A DNA stretch of 64,000 nucleotides from Elusimicrobiota bacterium (GTDB lineage Bacteria; Elusimicrobiota; Elusimicrobia; FEN-1173). Each line of letters begins with the position of its first letter. Position 1 is the first letter of the stretch. The stretch is from positions 2,611,807-2,675,806 of the forward strand of contig JADKHR010000001.1 of the NCBI GenBank assembly GCA_016721625.1, in the 5' to 3' direction. Below, one piece after another: positions 49,101 to 56,096 of the stretch. The translations under genes were made by a program, and so were the position numbers. The notes beneath the pieces are model-generated. The model saw nothing but the letters and a program-made list of their open reading frames with translations. It was not told the origin of the DNA and did not search any database.

Positions 49101-49170
49101 ATGCGAAGGGGACGTGGGTTCCGAGACCCCAGCGGACCTGGCCCCCGCGGGAAAAGAAGATCTCCCATGA
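46132..49170 (+). CDS. addB: AddB-type helicase-nuclease subunit (PD-(D/E)XK nuclease with C-terminal Cys cluster)
   Basis: 1012-aa ORF; C-terminal nuclease module …GRLDRVDWNPVSRRYFVVDYKNR… and Cys cluster GHCRFCDFARAC (AddB-like Fe-S staple); degenerate N-terminal ATP-binding-like region; translationally coupled to addA. Confidence 0.75.
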   Translation: MPLSLVCGPYGFLEKAFVSHLTARPPGPARRVGVVTTSQRMAERLQRLLALERGLAFFNLRFHTLHSLSLDLLRASGAILPAVNNDDLFHERLVETLLIESGGWEPDRARALAGAHRATLRDLVEAGVETASFREHFGDMEIPGEGKLYRFLNLADRYRERLASLNVAGSADLGRMATVAVEGHPEILAGFDELLYYGFYDLNGAQSDFLSAVAGPGRVTLFFPCVKGHAGWKFAERFLDLKISVGVGGSRYETAIGEGPLGDALGGLFDPGSPPVQAGENVRIIDVSGERDELWQVAKEILQLRERRSPLEWEDIGVVARGLDAYAELIPEIFGAHGIPYSISEGGPLLSHPAARLALDLMEISGRGHERDALLDVIGSPCLQDEVFAGPSRSEARAYLLQGGPRAGLAHLLEGSPMGREENPDPLRPALPPQALKDFAVRVSAETEERIFPWVEHARRARRRMERLIVKNPETVPVLDQMEAILERLEELDRFSPPVDDAEFSETFVEALRRARRPGTGPAQGVRVLGAMEARGESFGALFLVGLKEGVFPRVVREDPLLGDDLRRILRDPGGYWILPKLEGYDEEKLLFTLLVSSAREKLYLLYSRSREDGRAEVPSLYLRELARAAGMSLDEAERLPRPPLEKWNAVPRGLLTVQEAGLADLLEARPLSGEWGRIVQRAAKISAWAGPTGVDGLVGRPEAYLSRRASRGLSPSALETLGDCPFEFFLSRLVGLRDPRATWDGESVSPFFVGTLQHAILQRVYAGFLSQDLPAPEEAVVRVRAETRALFSSSGDPSGGPYPLLWEALQNTVERQLVSFVDRDLARLKAEGFRPEKLEWGLQAPMGNGEFLWSGRLDRVDWNPVSRRYFVVDYKNRIRDKSLEERVLEGHVHQAPAYLELLEAQRTWGPETRAAGVRFEYLATNETEEFSEAVWREKRGEIEVRQRALLSTLTNGRFLIRPSDGPAGHCRFCDFARACRKAHGPTRKRCEGDVGSETPADLAPAGKEDLP

Positions 49171-52100
49171 CCGCTGACCGGCCTTCCCGGGACGTCGCCC
49201 GGAAACAATTGGATGTGAACGTCGTCGTGGAGGCGGGAGCCGGAACGGGGAAAACCACCCTCTTGACGGATCGCCTCCTCTTTCTCCTTTTGGCGGGAGG
49301 GCCGGAACGGGAGGGCCTTTCCGTCACTCGGATCGTCGCGCTGACCTTTACGGAGAAAGCGGCGGGGGAAATCAAACTGCGGCTGGCCGATCGGTTGAAC
49401 GATCTCCTGCGACGGTTGGAGGGACGTCCCTTGGCGGCGAAACGCGGGGAGCGGACGGAGGTTTGGCTGGCGGAGGCCCGGGCCGAATTCGGGGCGACGG
49501 AAGAACGCCTGCGCCTCATGGCGGGGGACGCGTTGCGGGACCTGGACCGCGCCCCCATCGGCACCATCCACAGTTTTTGCAAAACCCTGCTCCAACTGTT
49601 TCCCTTAGAAGCCGGGTTGAACCCGAACTTTCAAGTGGATAGAGGGGACGCCTTCGAGGAACTTTTCGAGCGGGAATGGGGACGTTGGTTGGAGGGAGAA
49701 CTCATTCCCGGGGGGCCCGCGGTGGAGCTGTGGCGGGAGGTTTTGCCCCGGGTGGGGTTGGGGGATGTGGCGACCCTGGCTCGCGCTCTGGCCCGTTCTT
49801 CGCCCGCTCTATTGGATCGAACCTTCTCCGCCGATCGTCTGGCGGAATGGCGGATGGCCCTCGAACGGGTGCCGGTGGGAAAACCCAAACCCCGACGGGG
49901 GAAAATGCTGGAGTCCATCCAGCGGATTGCCGAACGCCTCCGCGCGGTGGAACAGGTGGCGCGGGACCCCTGGGGTCCGTGGCCCGAGGCGGACGACTGG
50001 AAAGAAGCTCCTAAAACGTGGCCCGGCGAGTGGGAAGAGTTAGAAGGGGAAACGGTGTACGAGGACGCCTGCGCCGTGGCGAAGGCGGTTTCTCCGGTTG
50101 GCGAAGCGGCGCTGGCCCGCGTGCGGAAGCTTTTGTCTCCTTTTCTGGACCACTGCCGGGCCCGTTACCGTGCTGCCGGGTGGATGGGGTTTGACGATCT
50201 TTTGAGCGGTGCGCGGAACCTGTTGGCCCAGCACCCTGAAGTTCGGCGGGAATTGAAATCCCGCTACGGGGCGATTTTGGTGGATGAGTTTCAGGACACG
50301 GACCCGCTCCAGGGGGAACTGTTGCTCTTCTTGGCCGAGCGGGCGGAATCCGAGGCGGCCGCCTGGAAGGAGGTGTCGCTCGCGCCTGGAAAACTATTTA
50401 TCGTCGGGGACCTAAAACAATCCATTTATCGGTTTCGCGGCGCCGACATTCGAGCTTACGAAGCGTTTGTCTCTCTTGTTATCGCCCAGGGCGGGCGCAA
50501 GTGCGATCTCCAAACCAGTTTTCGGACCCACGAAGGAATCGTGGGTCCGGTCAACCGACTTTTCACCGACTTGATGCGGGAGGCCCCCGGTTTGCAACCC
50601 GCCTATTTGCCTTTGCTCCCTCGGCCGGGAGGAGGGCCGGACAACGGAGGCGTTGAACTGGCGATCGTTCCGGCGGGTTCAAAAGGGGAGGACTCTTCTT
50701 CCTTGGGTCAGGAGGCCGAGGCTCGCTGGATCGCCCGATGGATCGTGGACCGATGCGGACCGGAGGGGTCCGGGCGTCCCTGGCGGTTGGGCGATGTGGC
50801 CCTCCTCTTTCGGTCCACGTCGGCTCTAACGGTCTATATGGAGGCCCTGAAGGCCGCCCGGATTCCCTATTTGGTGGAAAGCGACCGGGCTTTTTACGGC
50901 ACGCCGGAGGTGATGGATTTTCTTAACCTTCTTCGTGTCGTGCAGGATCCCGCCGACCGGGTGTCTTTGGTGGGACTGTTGCGGTCCCCCATGGTTCTTT
51001 TGGAAGACCGCCACCTCCTGGCCCTGGCCGAAGCGGGTCGACTGGACGATCGGCTGCTTCCCCCCGAGGGGCTTCCCCCGGAGGTCTCTCGAACGATCGC
51101 TGATTTCTTCGGTGTGTTGGGACAGCTCCGCGCGGCGGCGCAACGAGAAAGTTTAGGCGAGGTGTGCGCCCGTCTCCTGCGGGAAACCCCGCTGTTGGCC
51201 GCTTCCGCCGCCGCCTATTACGGCGAACAAAGCGTGTCCAACCTGTTCAAACTGGCCCGATTGGCGGCGGAGGCGGGCGCGGCCCGGGGAGAAACCCTGG
51301 ACGGGTTCGCCCGCCGACTCATGGCGGCCGTGGCGGAGGGCCGGGAAGAGGGGGAAAGCTCCTTGGGGGAGGAAAAAGTGGAGGCGGTCCGGCTTTTGAC
51401 GGTCCACAAGGCCAAAGGGTTGGAATACAAGGTGGTGTTTTTGCCCAACCTTTCCGCGAAGGTCCAGGGCGGCGCCCGTCATCCTCCGGCCCTTCGTCAG
51501 GATTGGGCCGAGGGGCGGGTGGGTCATCGTCTCGTCCAAAAGAAATGGGCGGACCTTGAAATGGTTTTCCTGGAAAGCGACGAACGCCGCCGGGAGGCGG
51601 AGGAGTCCATTCGGCTCTTTTACGTGGCCGCCACCCGGGCCCGGGAACAGGTGATCCTCGTCGGAAATGAAAAGATCGCCCTCGGGTCTTTCATGGGCAT
51701 GTTGAGCGGGGCGGCCCGACGGGGGGTAGGGGCCTGGGAATGGGCCGATGGCCTTCGCCTGCCGGTCACCGTTGTCTCGCGGGAGACCGGGGGCGAACCC
51801 CGTTGGCCGAAGGGGGAATCCCCAGGCAAAAACCGTCTGACGCCCTCGCTCGTCCGTTCTTGGGAAAAACGGAAGGTCCTCGGGGCGGAGATCCAAGGGC
51901 GGCCCCTGTTCCGCAGTCCATCGTCAAAAACCCAGGAGTCGGAGAAGATCGCGGGGGGAGAGCCCAGCCTCCCCTCAGCGGAAGCCGCCCTTCTGGGTCG
52001 TTTGTGCCACGCGGTCCTGGAAACCTGGGAGTGGGGAAGCCCCACCGACGTGTCCCCCGCGGTGGGCCGAACCGCCGCTCTATTAGCGCCGGAGCATCCG

Positions 52101-52484
52101 GCCGCCGATTGGGCCCGATGGACGGAGGAGGCGACGGGGATTCTTTCCGCTTTCCTTCAATCGCCGGTTGGGCGGTCCTTCGCCCAGGAAAAAATATTAG
52201 CCCGGGAGGCGCCGTTCCTTTTCGGGGAGAAGGAAGGCGTGGTTCGCGGCGTCATCGATCTTCTATACCGTCGGGGCGCGGCGCTCTGGGTGGCCGACTA
52301 CAAAACCGACCGGGTGCGCCCCGGTGAAGAAAAAGAACACGCGCGCCGTTATGCCGAACAGGGAAGAGATTATCGCGCGGCCGTTCAAAAAGCCTTGGGG
52401 GAGCCCTGCGGGTTCGAGGTGATCTTTTTACGGACCGGGGAGAGTGTCGTTCTGGAGGAACCGCCTCTTTCTCTGGAGGCTTAA
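49167..52484 (+). CDS. addA: AddA/RecB-type UvrD-family helicase with C-terminal PD-(D/E)XK nuclease
   Basis: ATG 49167 overlapping addB stop; helicase motif I VVEAGAGTGKTT, motif II ILVDEFQDTD, later UvrD motifs, C-terminal nuclease GVIDLLYRRGAALWVADYKTD. Confidence 0.85.
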   Translation: MTADRPSRDVARKQLDVNVVVEAGAGTGKTTLLTDRLLFLLLAGGPEREGLSVTRIVALTFTEKAAGEIKLRLADRLNDLLRRLEGRPLAAKRGERTEVWLAEARAEFGATEERLRLMAGDALRDLDRAPIGTIHSFCKTLLQLFPLEAGLNPNFQVDRGDAFEELFEREWGRWLEGELIPGGPAVELWREVLPRVGLGDVATLARALARSSPALLDRTFSADRLAEWRMALERVPVGKPKPRRGKMLESIQRIAERLRAVEQVARDPWGPWPEADDWKEAPKTWPGEWEELEGETVYEDACAVAKAVSPVGEAALARVRKLLSPFLDHCRARYRAAGWMGFDDLLSGARNLLAQHPEVRRELKSRYGAILVDEFQDTDPLQGELLLFLAERAESEAAAWKEVSLAPGKLFIVGDLKQSIYRFRGADIRAYEAFVSLVIAQGGRKCDLQTSFRTHEGIVGPVNRLFTDLMREAPGLQPAYLPLLPRPGGGPDNGGVELAIVPAGSKGEDSSSLGQEAEARWIARWIVDRCGPEGSGRPWRLGDVALLFRSTSALTVYMEALKAARIPYLVESDRAFYGTPEVMDFLNLLRVVQDPADRVSLVGLLRSPMVLLEDRHLLALAEAGRLDDRLLPPEGLPPEVSRTIADFFGVLGQLRAAAQRESLGEVCARLLRETPLLAASAAAYYGEQSVSNLFKLARLAAEAGAARGETLDGFARRLMAAVAEGREEGESSLGEEKVEAVRLLTVHKAKGLEYKVVFLPNLSAKVQGGARHPPALRQDWAEGRVGHRLVQKKWADLEMVFLESDERRREAEESIRLFYVAATRAREQVILVGNEKIALGSFMGMLSGAARRGVGAWEWADGLRLPVTVVSRETGGEPRWPKGESPGKNRLTPSLVRSWEKRKVLGAEIQGRPLFRSPSSKTQESEKIAGGEPSLPSAEAALLGRLCHAVLETWEWGSPTDVSPAVGRTAALLAPEHPAADWARWTEEATGILSAFLQSPVGRSFAQEKILAREAPFLFGEKEGVVRGVIDLLYRRGAALWVADYKTDRVRPGEEKEHARRYAEQGRDYRAAVQKALGEPCGFEVIFLRTGESVVLEEPPLSLEA

Positions 52485-52590
52485 GAATCTAAGGTTGAGG
52501 AAGGGGTGTCTCTTTATCGTTCCGAAGCGATTTTTGTAGTTGCCCGATTTATCGGGCGGTCTTCCGTTAGAAGAACTCGCCCCGGAAAAC

Positions 52591-52614
52591 GGTGGCCCCT
52601 TAAATGGGGCCACC
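52591..52614. terminator. perfect 9-bp-stem hairpin GGTGGCCCC-ttaaat-GGGGCCACC in the addA/glnK convergent intergenic
   Basis: read directly; on the - strand it is followed by GTTTTCCGGGG; plausible terminator for the glnK-amt transcript. Confidence 0.3.
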
Positions 52615-52679
52615 ACAAAAGCCATGCTCCGTCGGACGCAACGGGCGGCTAAAGAGATACAGGAAGGGTTTACCTCCCC

Positions 52680-52708
52680 TTAATCCCCTCCTTGGGAAGG
52701 AGGGGATT
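52680..52708. repeat. REP-like palindrome TAATCCCCTCCTT-GGG-AAGGAGGGGATTA (13-bp stem)
   Basis: perfect inverted repeat read from the sequence; same core as copies at 57170-57192 and 57298-57318. Confidence 0.5.
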
Positions 52709-52742
52709 AAAAGAGACCACGACAATCTCATGGTTTTTCTCC

Positions 52743-52761
52743 CTCCCCTTGGCAAGGGGAG
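52743..52761. repeat. REP-like palindrome variant CTCCCCTT-GGC-AAGGGGAG
   Basis: perfect 8-bp stem; same variant as 28971-28991. Confidence 0.4.
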
Positions 52762-52842
52762 CCCGTCGCAGAGCTCCGGACACTTGGGGCGCCAGAGCCG
52801 CTGATGCGGGGCCGGGGAGGGGTGGTCTTTGACGGTGTCTTT

Positions 52843-53184
52843 TTATCCGATCGCCAGGCGGCCCGTTTCTCCCGTTCGAATCCGAATGACTTGGCCCAAA
52901 TCGAGAACAAAGATTTTCCCGTCGCCGACGTTCCCTGTTCGCCCGGCCGATTGAATGGCCTCCACCGTCGGCTGAACATATTCCTCGTTCACCGCGACTT
53001 CCACCTTCACTTTCTTAAGCAGGCTCCCGCCCTCTTTGTGGCTCCGGTAGACTTCCGAAATGCCTTTTTGACGGCCCCGACCCATGACGTTCGAGACAGT
53101 GACCAGGTGGATGGCCTTCTGTTCCAAGGCGTCCAGCACGTCGTCCAGCCGGTCCGGTTGAATGATGGCAACGATGTATTTCAT
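52843..53184 (-). CDS. glnK: nitrogen regulatory protein P-II (GlnB/GlnK family), paired with the upstream amt
   Basis: MKYIVAIIQPDRLDDVLDALEQ… with T-loop GRGRQKG…Y and C-terminal …GDGKIFVLDLGQVIRIRTGE; start codon at 53184 (listed ORF has a spurious N-terminal extension). Confidence 0.85.
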   Translation of the reverse strand: MKYIVAIIQPDRLDDVLDALEQKAIHLVTVSNVMGRGRQKGISEVYRSHKEGGSLLKKVKVEVAVNEEYVQPTVEAIQSAGRTGNVGDGKIFVLDLGQVIRIRTGETGRLAIG

Positions 53185-53206
53185 AGGGTTTTCTCCTGAA
53201 AAAAGA

Positions 53207-54532
53207 TTAGTCGATGATCGTGTAGGCCGCTTCGCGGTGTTGGGTGAGATCAAGGCCGATGCGTTCGTCCTGATCGGAAACCCGGAGCCCCACCAACACA
53301 TCCACCAGTTTAAGCAAGACGATGCTGAGAACGAAGGAGTAGATTCCCGTCACCAGTACCGCCTTGGTTTGGATCCAAACCAGCCCGGGGTTCCCGTGCA
53401 AAAGCCCATCGGCCCCCGCGGGATTGACGGTTTTCGTGGCCCAAATCCCCGTGGCGATGGCGCCCCAAATGCCGCCCACCCCGTGAACGCCGAAGGCGTC
53501 CAGGGAATCGTCATAACCCAATTTCACTTTCACGTACATCACGGAAACGAAACAAATGAGGGCGACTGTGATCCCGATGGCCATGGCCCCGAGCGGCGTG
53601 ACGTACCCCGCCGCCGGTGTGATGGCCACGAGCCCCGCCACGGCCCCCGTGATGGTGCCCAGCATGGTGGCGTGCCGGTTCACGAGGACATCCAACCCGG
53701 CCCACACAAGCCCGGCGGTGGCCGCCGCGATGTGGGTGGAGACGAAGGCCGTGGTGGCGAGACCCCCGGCGCCCAGGGCGCTCCCGCCGTTAAACCCAAA
53801 CCAACCGAACCACAACATCCCCGCGCCCAAGACCGCGAAGGGAAGGTTGTGGGGCGGAGACAGGCGGGTGGGGAACCCCCGCCGTTTCCCTAAAACCAGA
53901 GCCGCGGCCAGCGCCGCCACGCCGGCGTTGACGTGGACCACGGCGCCGCCCGCGAAATCCAGGGCCCCGGACAGTTTCAAAAACCCTCCCGTGCCCCACA
54001 CCCAATGGGCCACGGGGTCGTAGACGATGGTGCTCCAAAGAAGGGAAAAGAGAACGTAGGCGGAAAATTTCATCCGTTCGGCGAAGGCGCCCAAAATAAG
54101 GCCCGGCGTGATGATGGCGAACATGCATTGGTAGATCATGAAGGCCTGGTGCGGAATGGTGGGCGCGTAGTCGGTATTGGGCGTCAGTCCCACGCCGTTC
54201 AACCCGAGCCATTGAAGGTTTCCAACGAGGCCCCCAATGGTGGGCCCGAAAGAGAGGCTGTACCCCATCACCACCCATTGCACCGTGATCAGTCCCATGA
54301 CCGCGAAACACTGCATGAGAACGGACAACATGTTCTTTCGTCGCACAAGCCCGCCGTAAAAAAAGGCGAGGGCCGGCGTCATCATCAAAACCAACGCGGC
54401 GGACACCAGCACCCAGGCGGTATCTCCGGAACTCACGGCGGAAGGGGTGATCTCTCCCGCGGTTTCCGCCCATAGGGCGGGCGCCAGGAGCGAGGCAAAA
54501 ATACCAAGGACCAAATGTCGAATTCGTTTCAT
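53207..54532 (-). CDS. amt: ammonium transporter (Amt/MEP family) with signal peptide
   Basis: Start MKRIRHLVLGIFASLLAPALWA at 54532 preceded by AAGGAGG; Amt signatures (…MMTPALAFFYGGL…, twin-His region, …DFAGGAVVH…). Confidence 0.9.
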   Translation of the reverse strand: MKRIRHLVLGIFASLLAPALWAETAGEITPSAVSSGDTAWVLVSAALVLMMTPALAFFYGGLVRRKNMLSVLMQCFAVMGLITVQWVVMGYSLSFGPTIGGLVGNLQWLGLNGVGLTPNTDYAPTIPHQAFMIYQCMFAIITPGLILGAFAERMKFSAYVLFSLLWSTIVYDPVAHWVWGTGGFLKLSGALDFAGGAVVHVNAGVAALAAALVLGKRRGFPTRLSPPHNLPFAVLGAGMLWFGWFGFNGGSALGAGGLATTAFVSTHIAAATAGLVWAGLDVLVNRHATMLGTITGAVAGLVAITPAAGYVTPLGAMAIGITVALICFVSVMYVKVKLGYDDSLDAFGVHGVGGIWGAIATGIWATKTVNPAGADGLLHGNPGLVWIQTKAVLVTGIYSFVLSIVLLKLVDVLVGLRVSDQDERIGLDLTQHREAAYTIID

Positions 54533-54577
54533 GTCAGCAGTGACCTCCTTAAATGGTTCAGCGGGGGGCGGAATAAA

Positions 54578-54620
54578 AAACGCCTCGCGTCGCGGCAAGT
54601 GCCGCGCGGCGAGACGTCCA
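54578..54620 (-). promoter_or_regulatory. terminator-like hairpin plus U-tract in the amt leader, ~40 nt upstream of the start codon (putative attenuator)
   Basis: - strand RNA: CGCCGCGCGGCACUUGCCGCGACGCGAGGCG followed by UUUUUUAUU then the SD AAGGAGG. Confidence 0.4.
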
Positions 54621-54668
54621 TGTCTCCGACCCCGTCCGCTCTCAGGTCCCATTGGACCGGAACGTCGT

Positions 54669-54692
54669 TGTCTGAATCTGTCGGCACAGCGC
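54669..54692. promoter_or_regulatory. perfect 24-bp palindrome TGTCGGCACAGC-GCTGTGCCGACA immediately downstream of the amt -10 box (putative operator)
   Basis: read directly; core ACAGCGCTGT also present in the second amt leader (60849-60864). Confidence 0.4.
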
Positions 54693-54696
54693 TGTG

Positions 54697-54726
54697 CCGA
54701 CAAAGGATTCTACACTGCCCTGATGG
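54697..54726 (-). promoter_or_regulatory. sigma70-type promoter for amt-glnK (TTGACA-18 bp-TAGAAT on the - strand)
   Basis: reverse complement of tgtcaa (54721-54726) and attcta (54697-54702) with an 18-nt spacer. Confidence 0.5.
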
Positions 54727-54744
54727 TCGCTGTCAATTTATTCA

Positions 54745-54872
54745 GTAACTGAATTTTCCGAGTTCGACCTTTCCGCGGAAAACCTAAAAGCTCCCGGCGG
54801 TGTAGGCCAGGACCATGGGCATGCCGAGGAAAACGATCAGGTGCATGATCGCGAGGTTTTTTTCGGAGGGGT
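54745..54872 (-). pseudogene. diverged remnant of a cytochrome bd subunit II (cydB) 3' end, imperfect direct repeat of 56100-56224
   Basis: - strand translation …SEKNLAIMHLIVFLGMPMVLAYTAGSF*VFRGKVELGKFSY* versus intact cydB C-terminus …SEKTLAIMRLIAFLGMPMVLAYTAVIYWVFRGKVELGKFSY*; 36-nt block cggcggtgtaggccaggaccatgggcatgccgagga identical in both copies; flanking differences are mostly synonymous third-position changes toward A/T. Confidence 0.6.
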
Positions 54873-54873
54873 C

Positions 54874-56055
54874 TTACGAGGCGATGATTTCTCCATCCCA
54901 TAGTCGGCGTAGGAAATCGGCCCAGGGAAGGACGTGCACAAGGCCCATTTGACGCGGGCGGGGGTCGTGCGTCACCAGGATCAGCTTTTTGACCGTGTAT
55001 TCTTCCGCGAAGGCCATGAGACCCTTGGCGTGGCGTGGTTGGGCCATGTCCGTGGATTTAACTTCCACCGCGACCTCGTGATCTCCGAGAATGAAGTCAA
55101 CTTCCAACTGGGAGGCCGTGCGCCAATAGGAGAGGGGATACCGTATCCCCGAGTAATGGCTGTGCGCCAATAATTCTTGAAAATGGAAGTGCTCAAAAGC
55201 TTTTCCATAAGATTCGCTTTTCGGAACGATGGGTCCCCTCTTGAGAAGAAAATTAGCGAGTCCCACATCAAAGTAATAAAATTTCGGCGATCGGATCACC
55301 CGCCGTTTCGGCCTTTTTTGAAAAACGGGGAGAAAGCGACCCACCAACGTGTCCTCCAATATCTCAAAGTATTGCCGCACGGTGGGACCGCTGACGCCGC
55401 ACTCTTGGGCAATATTCAGTTCATTGACGATTTCCCCATTGCTGAAAGCCGCCGATTCCAGGAACCGATGGAAAGCGGGAACATTGCGCACCAGCGCCTC
55501 TTGGGCGATCTCTTCTCGGAGATAGTCGACAACATACGACTGCATCATTTCCGTGTAATTATTGGAAAGGTAGTGCCGGGGAATCAACCCACGGTTCAAA
55601 GCCCAGTCCAGGCGAAAGCGGGGGATTTCCCGGGAGACCAAGGGAAACATTTCATAGCGAAGGGCTCGCCCTCCCAGCAGGTTCCCGCCCCCTCTTTTAA
55701 GTTTTCGAGCGCTGGATCCACACAGGATGAACTGGAATTTTGAGTGGGTGATCAGCCATTGCACCTCATCGAGAAGAGCCGGCACCTTTTGAACTTCATC
55801 GATAATGATGGGACGACGGGCGAGGGTCGGGTTTTCCAACAGTTCTTCCCGCAGAAGAGCAGGTCTTTTTTGAAGACGGTCATAGTCATCCGACAAAAGC
55901 AAATTATAAAACCGGGCCGTCGGGAACGATTTCTCCAGCCAGGTGCTTTTGCCCACCTGCCGGGGTCCCCAAAAAAAGCACGTCTCGCGCTTTAATCGGG
56001 GAAATGTTTGCATGCGATTAAACATGATAAAAGAAAGTATACTTTGTTTTATCAT
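54874..56055 (-). CDS. AAA+ ATPase of the DUF4143 family (COG1373-type ATP-binding protein); low-GC island
   Basis: Walker A GPRQVGKST, Walker B IIIDEVQ, C-terminal DUF4143-like region; codon usage clearly AT-richer than the contig; the listed ORF start 56142 is an artefactual extension antisense to the cydB 3' end; start taken at the ATG at 56055 (alternative 56025). Confidence 0.8.
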   Translation of the reverse strand: MIKQSILSFIMFNRMQTFPRLKRETCFFWGPRQVGKSTWLEKSFPTARFYNLLLSDDYDRLQKRPALLREELLENPTLARRPIIIDEVQKVPALLDEVQWLITHSKFQFILCGSSARKLKRGGGNLLGGRALRYEMFPLVSREIPRFRLDWALNRGLIPRHYLSNNYTEMMQSYVVDYLREEIAQEALVRNVPAFHRFLESAAFSNGEIVNELNIAQECGVSGPTVRQYFEILEDTLVGRFLPVFQKRPKRRVIRSPKFYYFDVGLANFLLKRGPIVPKSESYGKAFEHFHFQELLAHSHYSGIRYPLSYWRTASQLEVDFILGDHEVAVEVKSTDMAQPRHAKGLMAFAEEYTVKKLILVTHDPRPRQMGLVHVLPWADFLRRLWDGEIIAS

Positions 56056-56056
56056 G
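56023..56056. repeat. AT-rich 34-bp near-perfect palindrome CATGATAAAAgAAAGTATACTTTgTTTTATCATG overlapping the ATPase start codons
   Basis: read directly; single central mismatch pair; contains both candidate ATG starts of the ATPase gene on the - strand. Confidence 0.4.
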
Positions 56057-56096
56057 ATGAAGAAGGGCCTTTTTCCGCCCGGCGCGTCGCGCCGGA

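Noticed and set aside
52860-52900. GGTTCGAATCC-like motif (cccgttcgaatccgaatgac) resembling a tRNA T-arm
   Set aside because: No acceptor/anticodon stems can be built around it and it lies inside the glnK(1) coding sequence.
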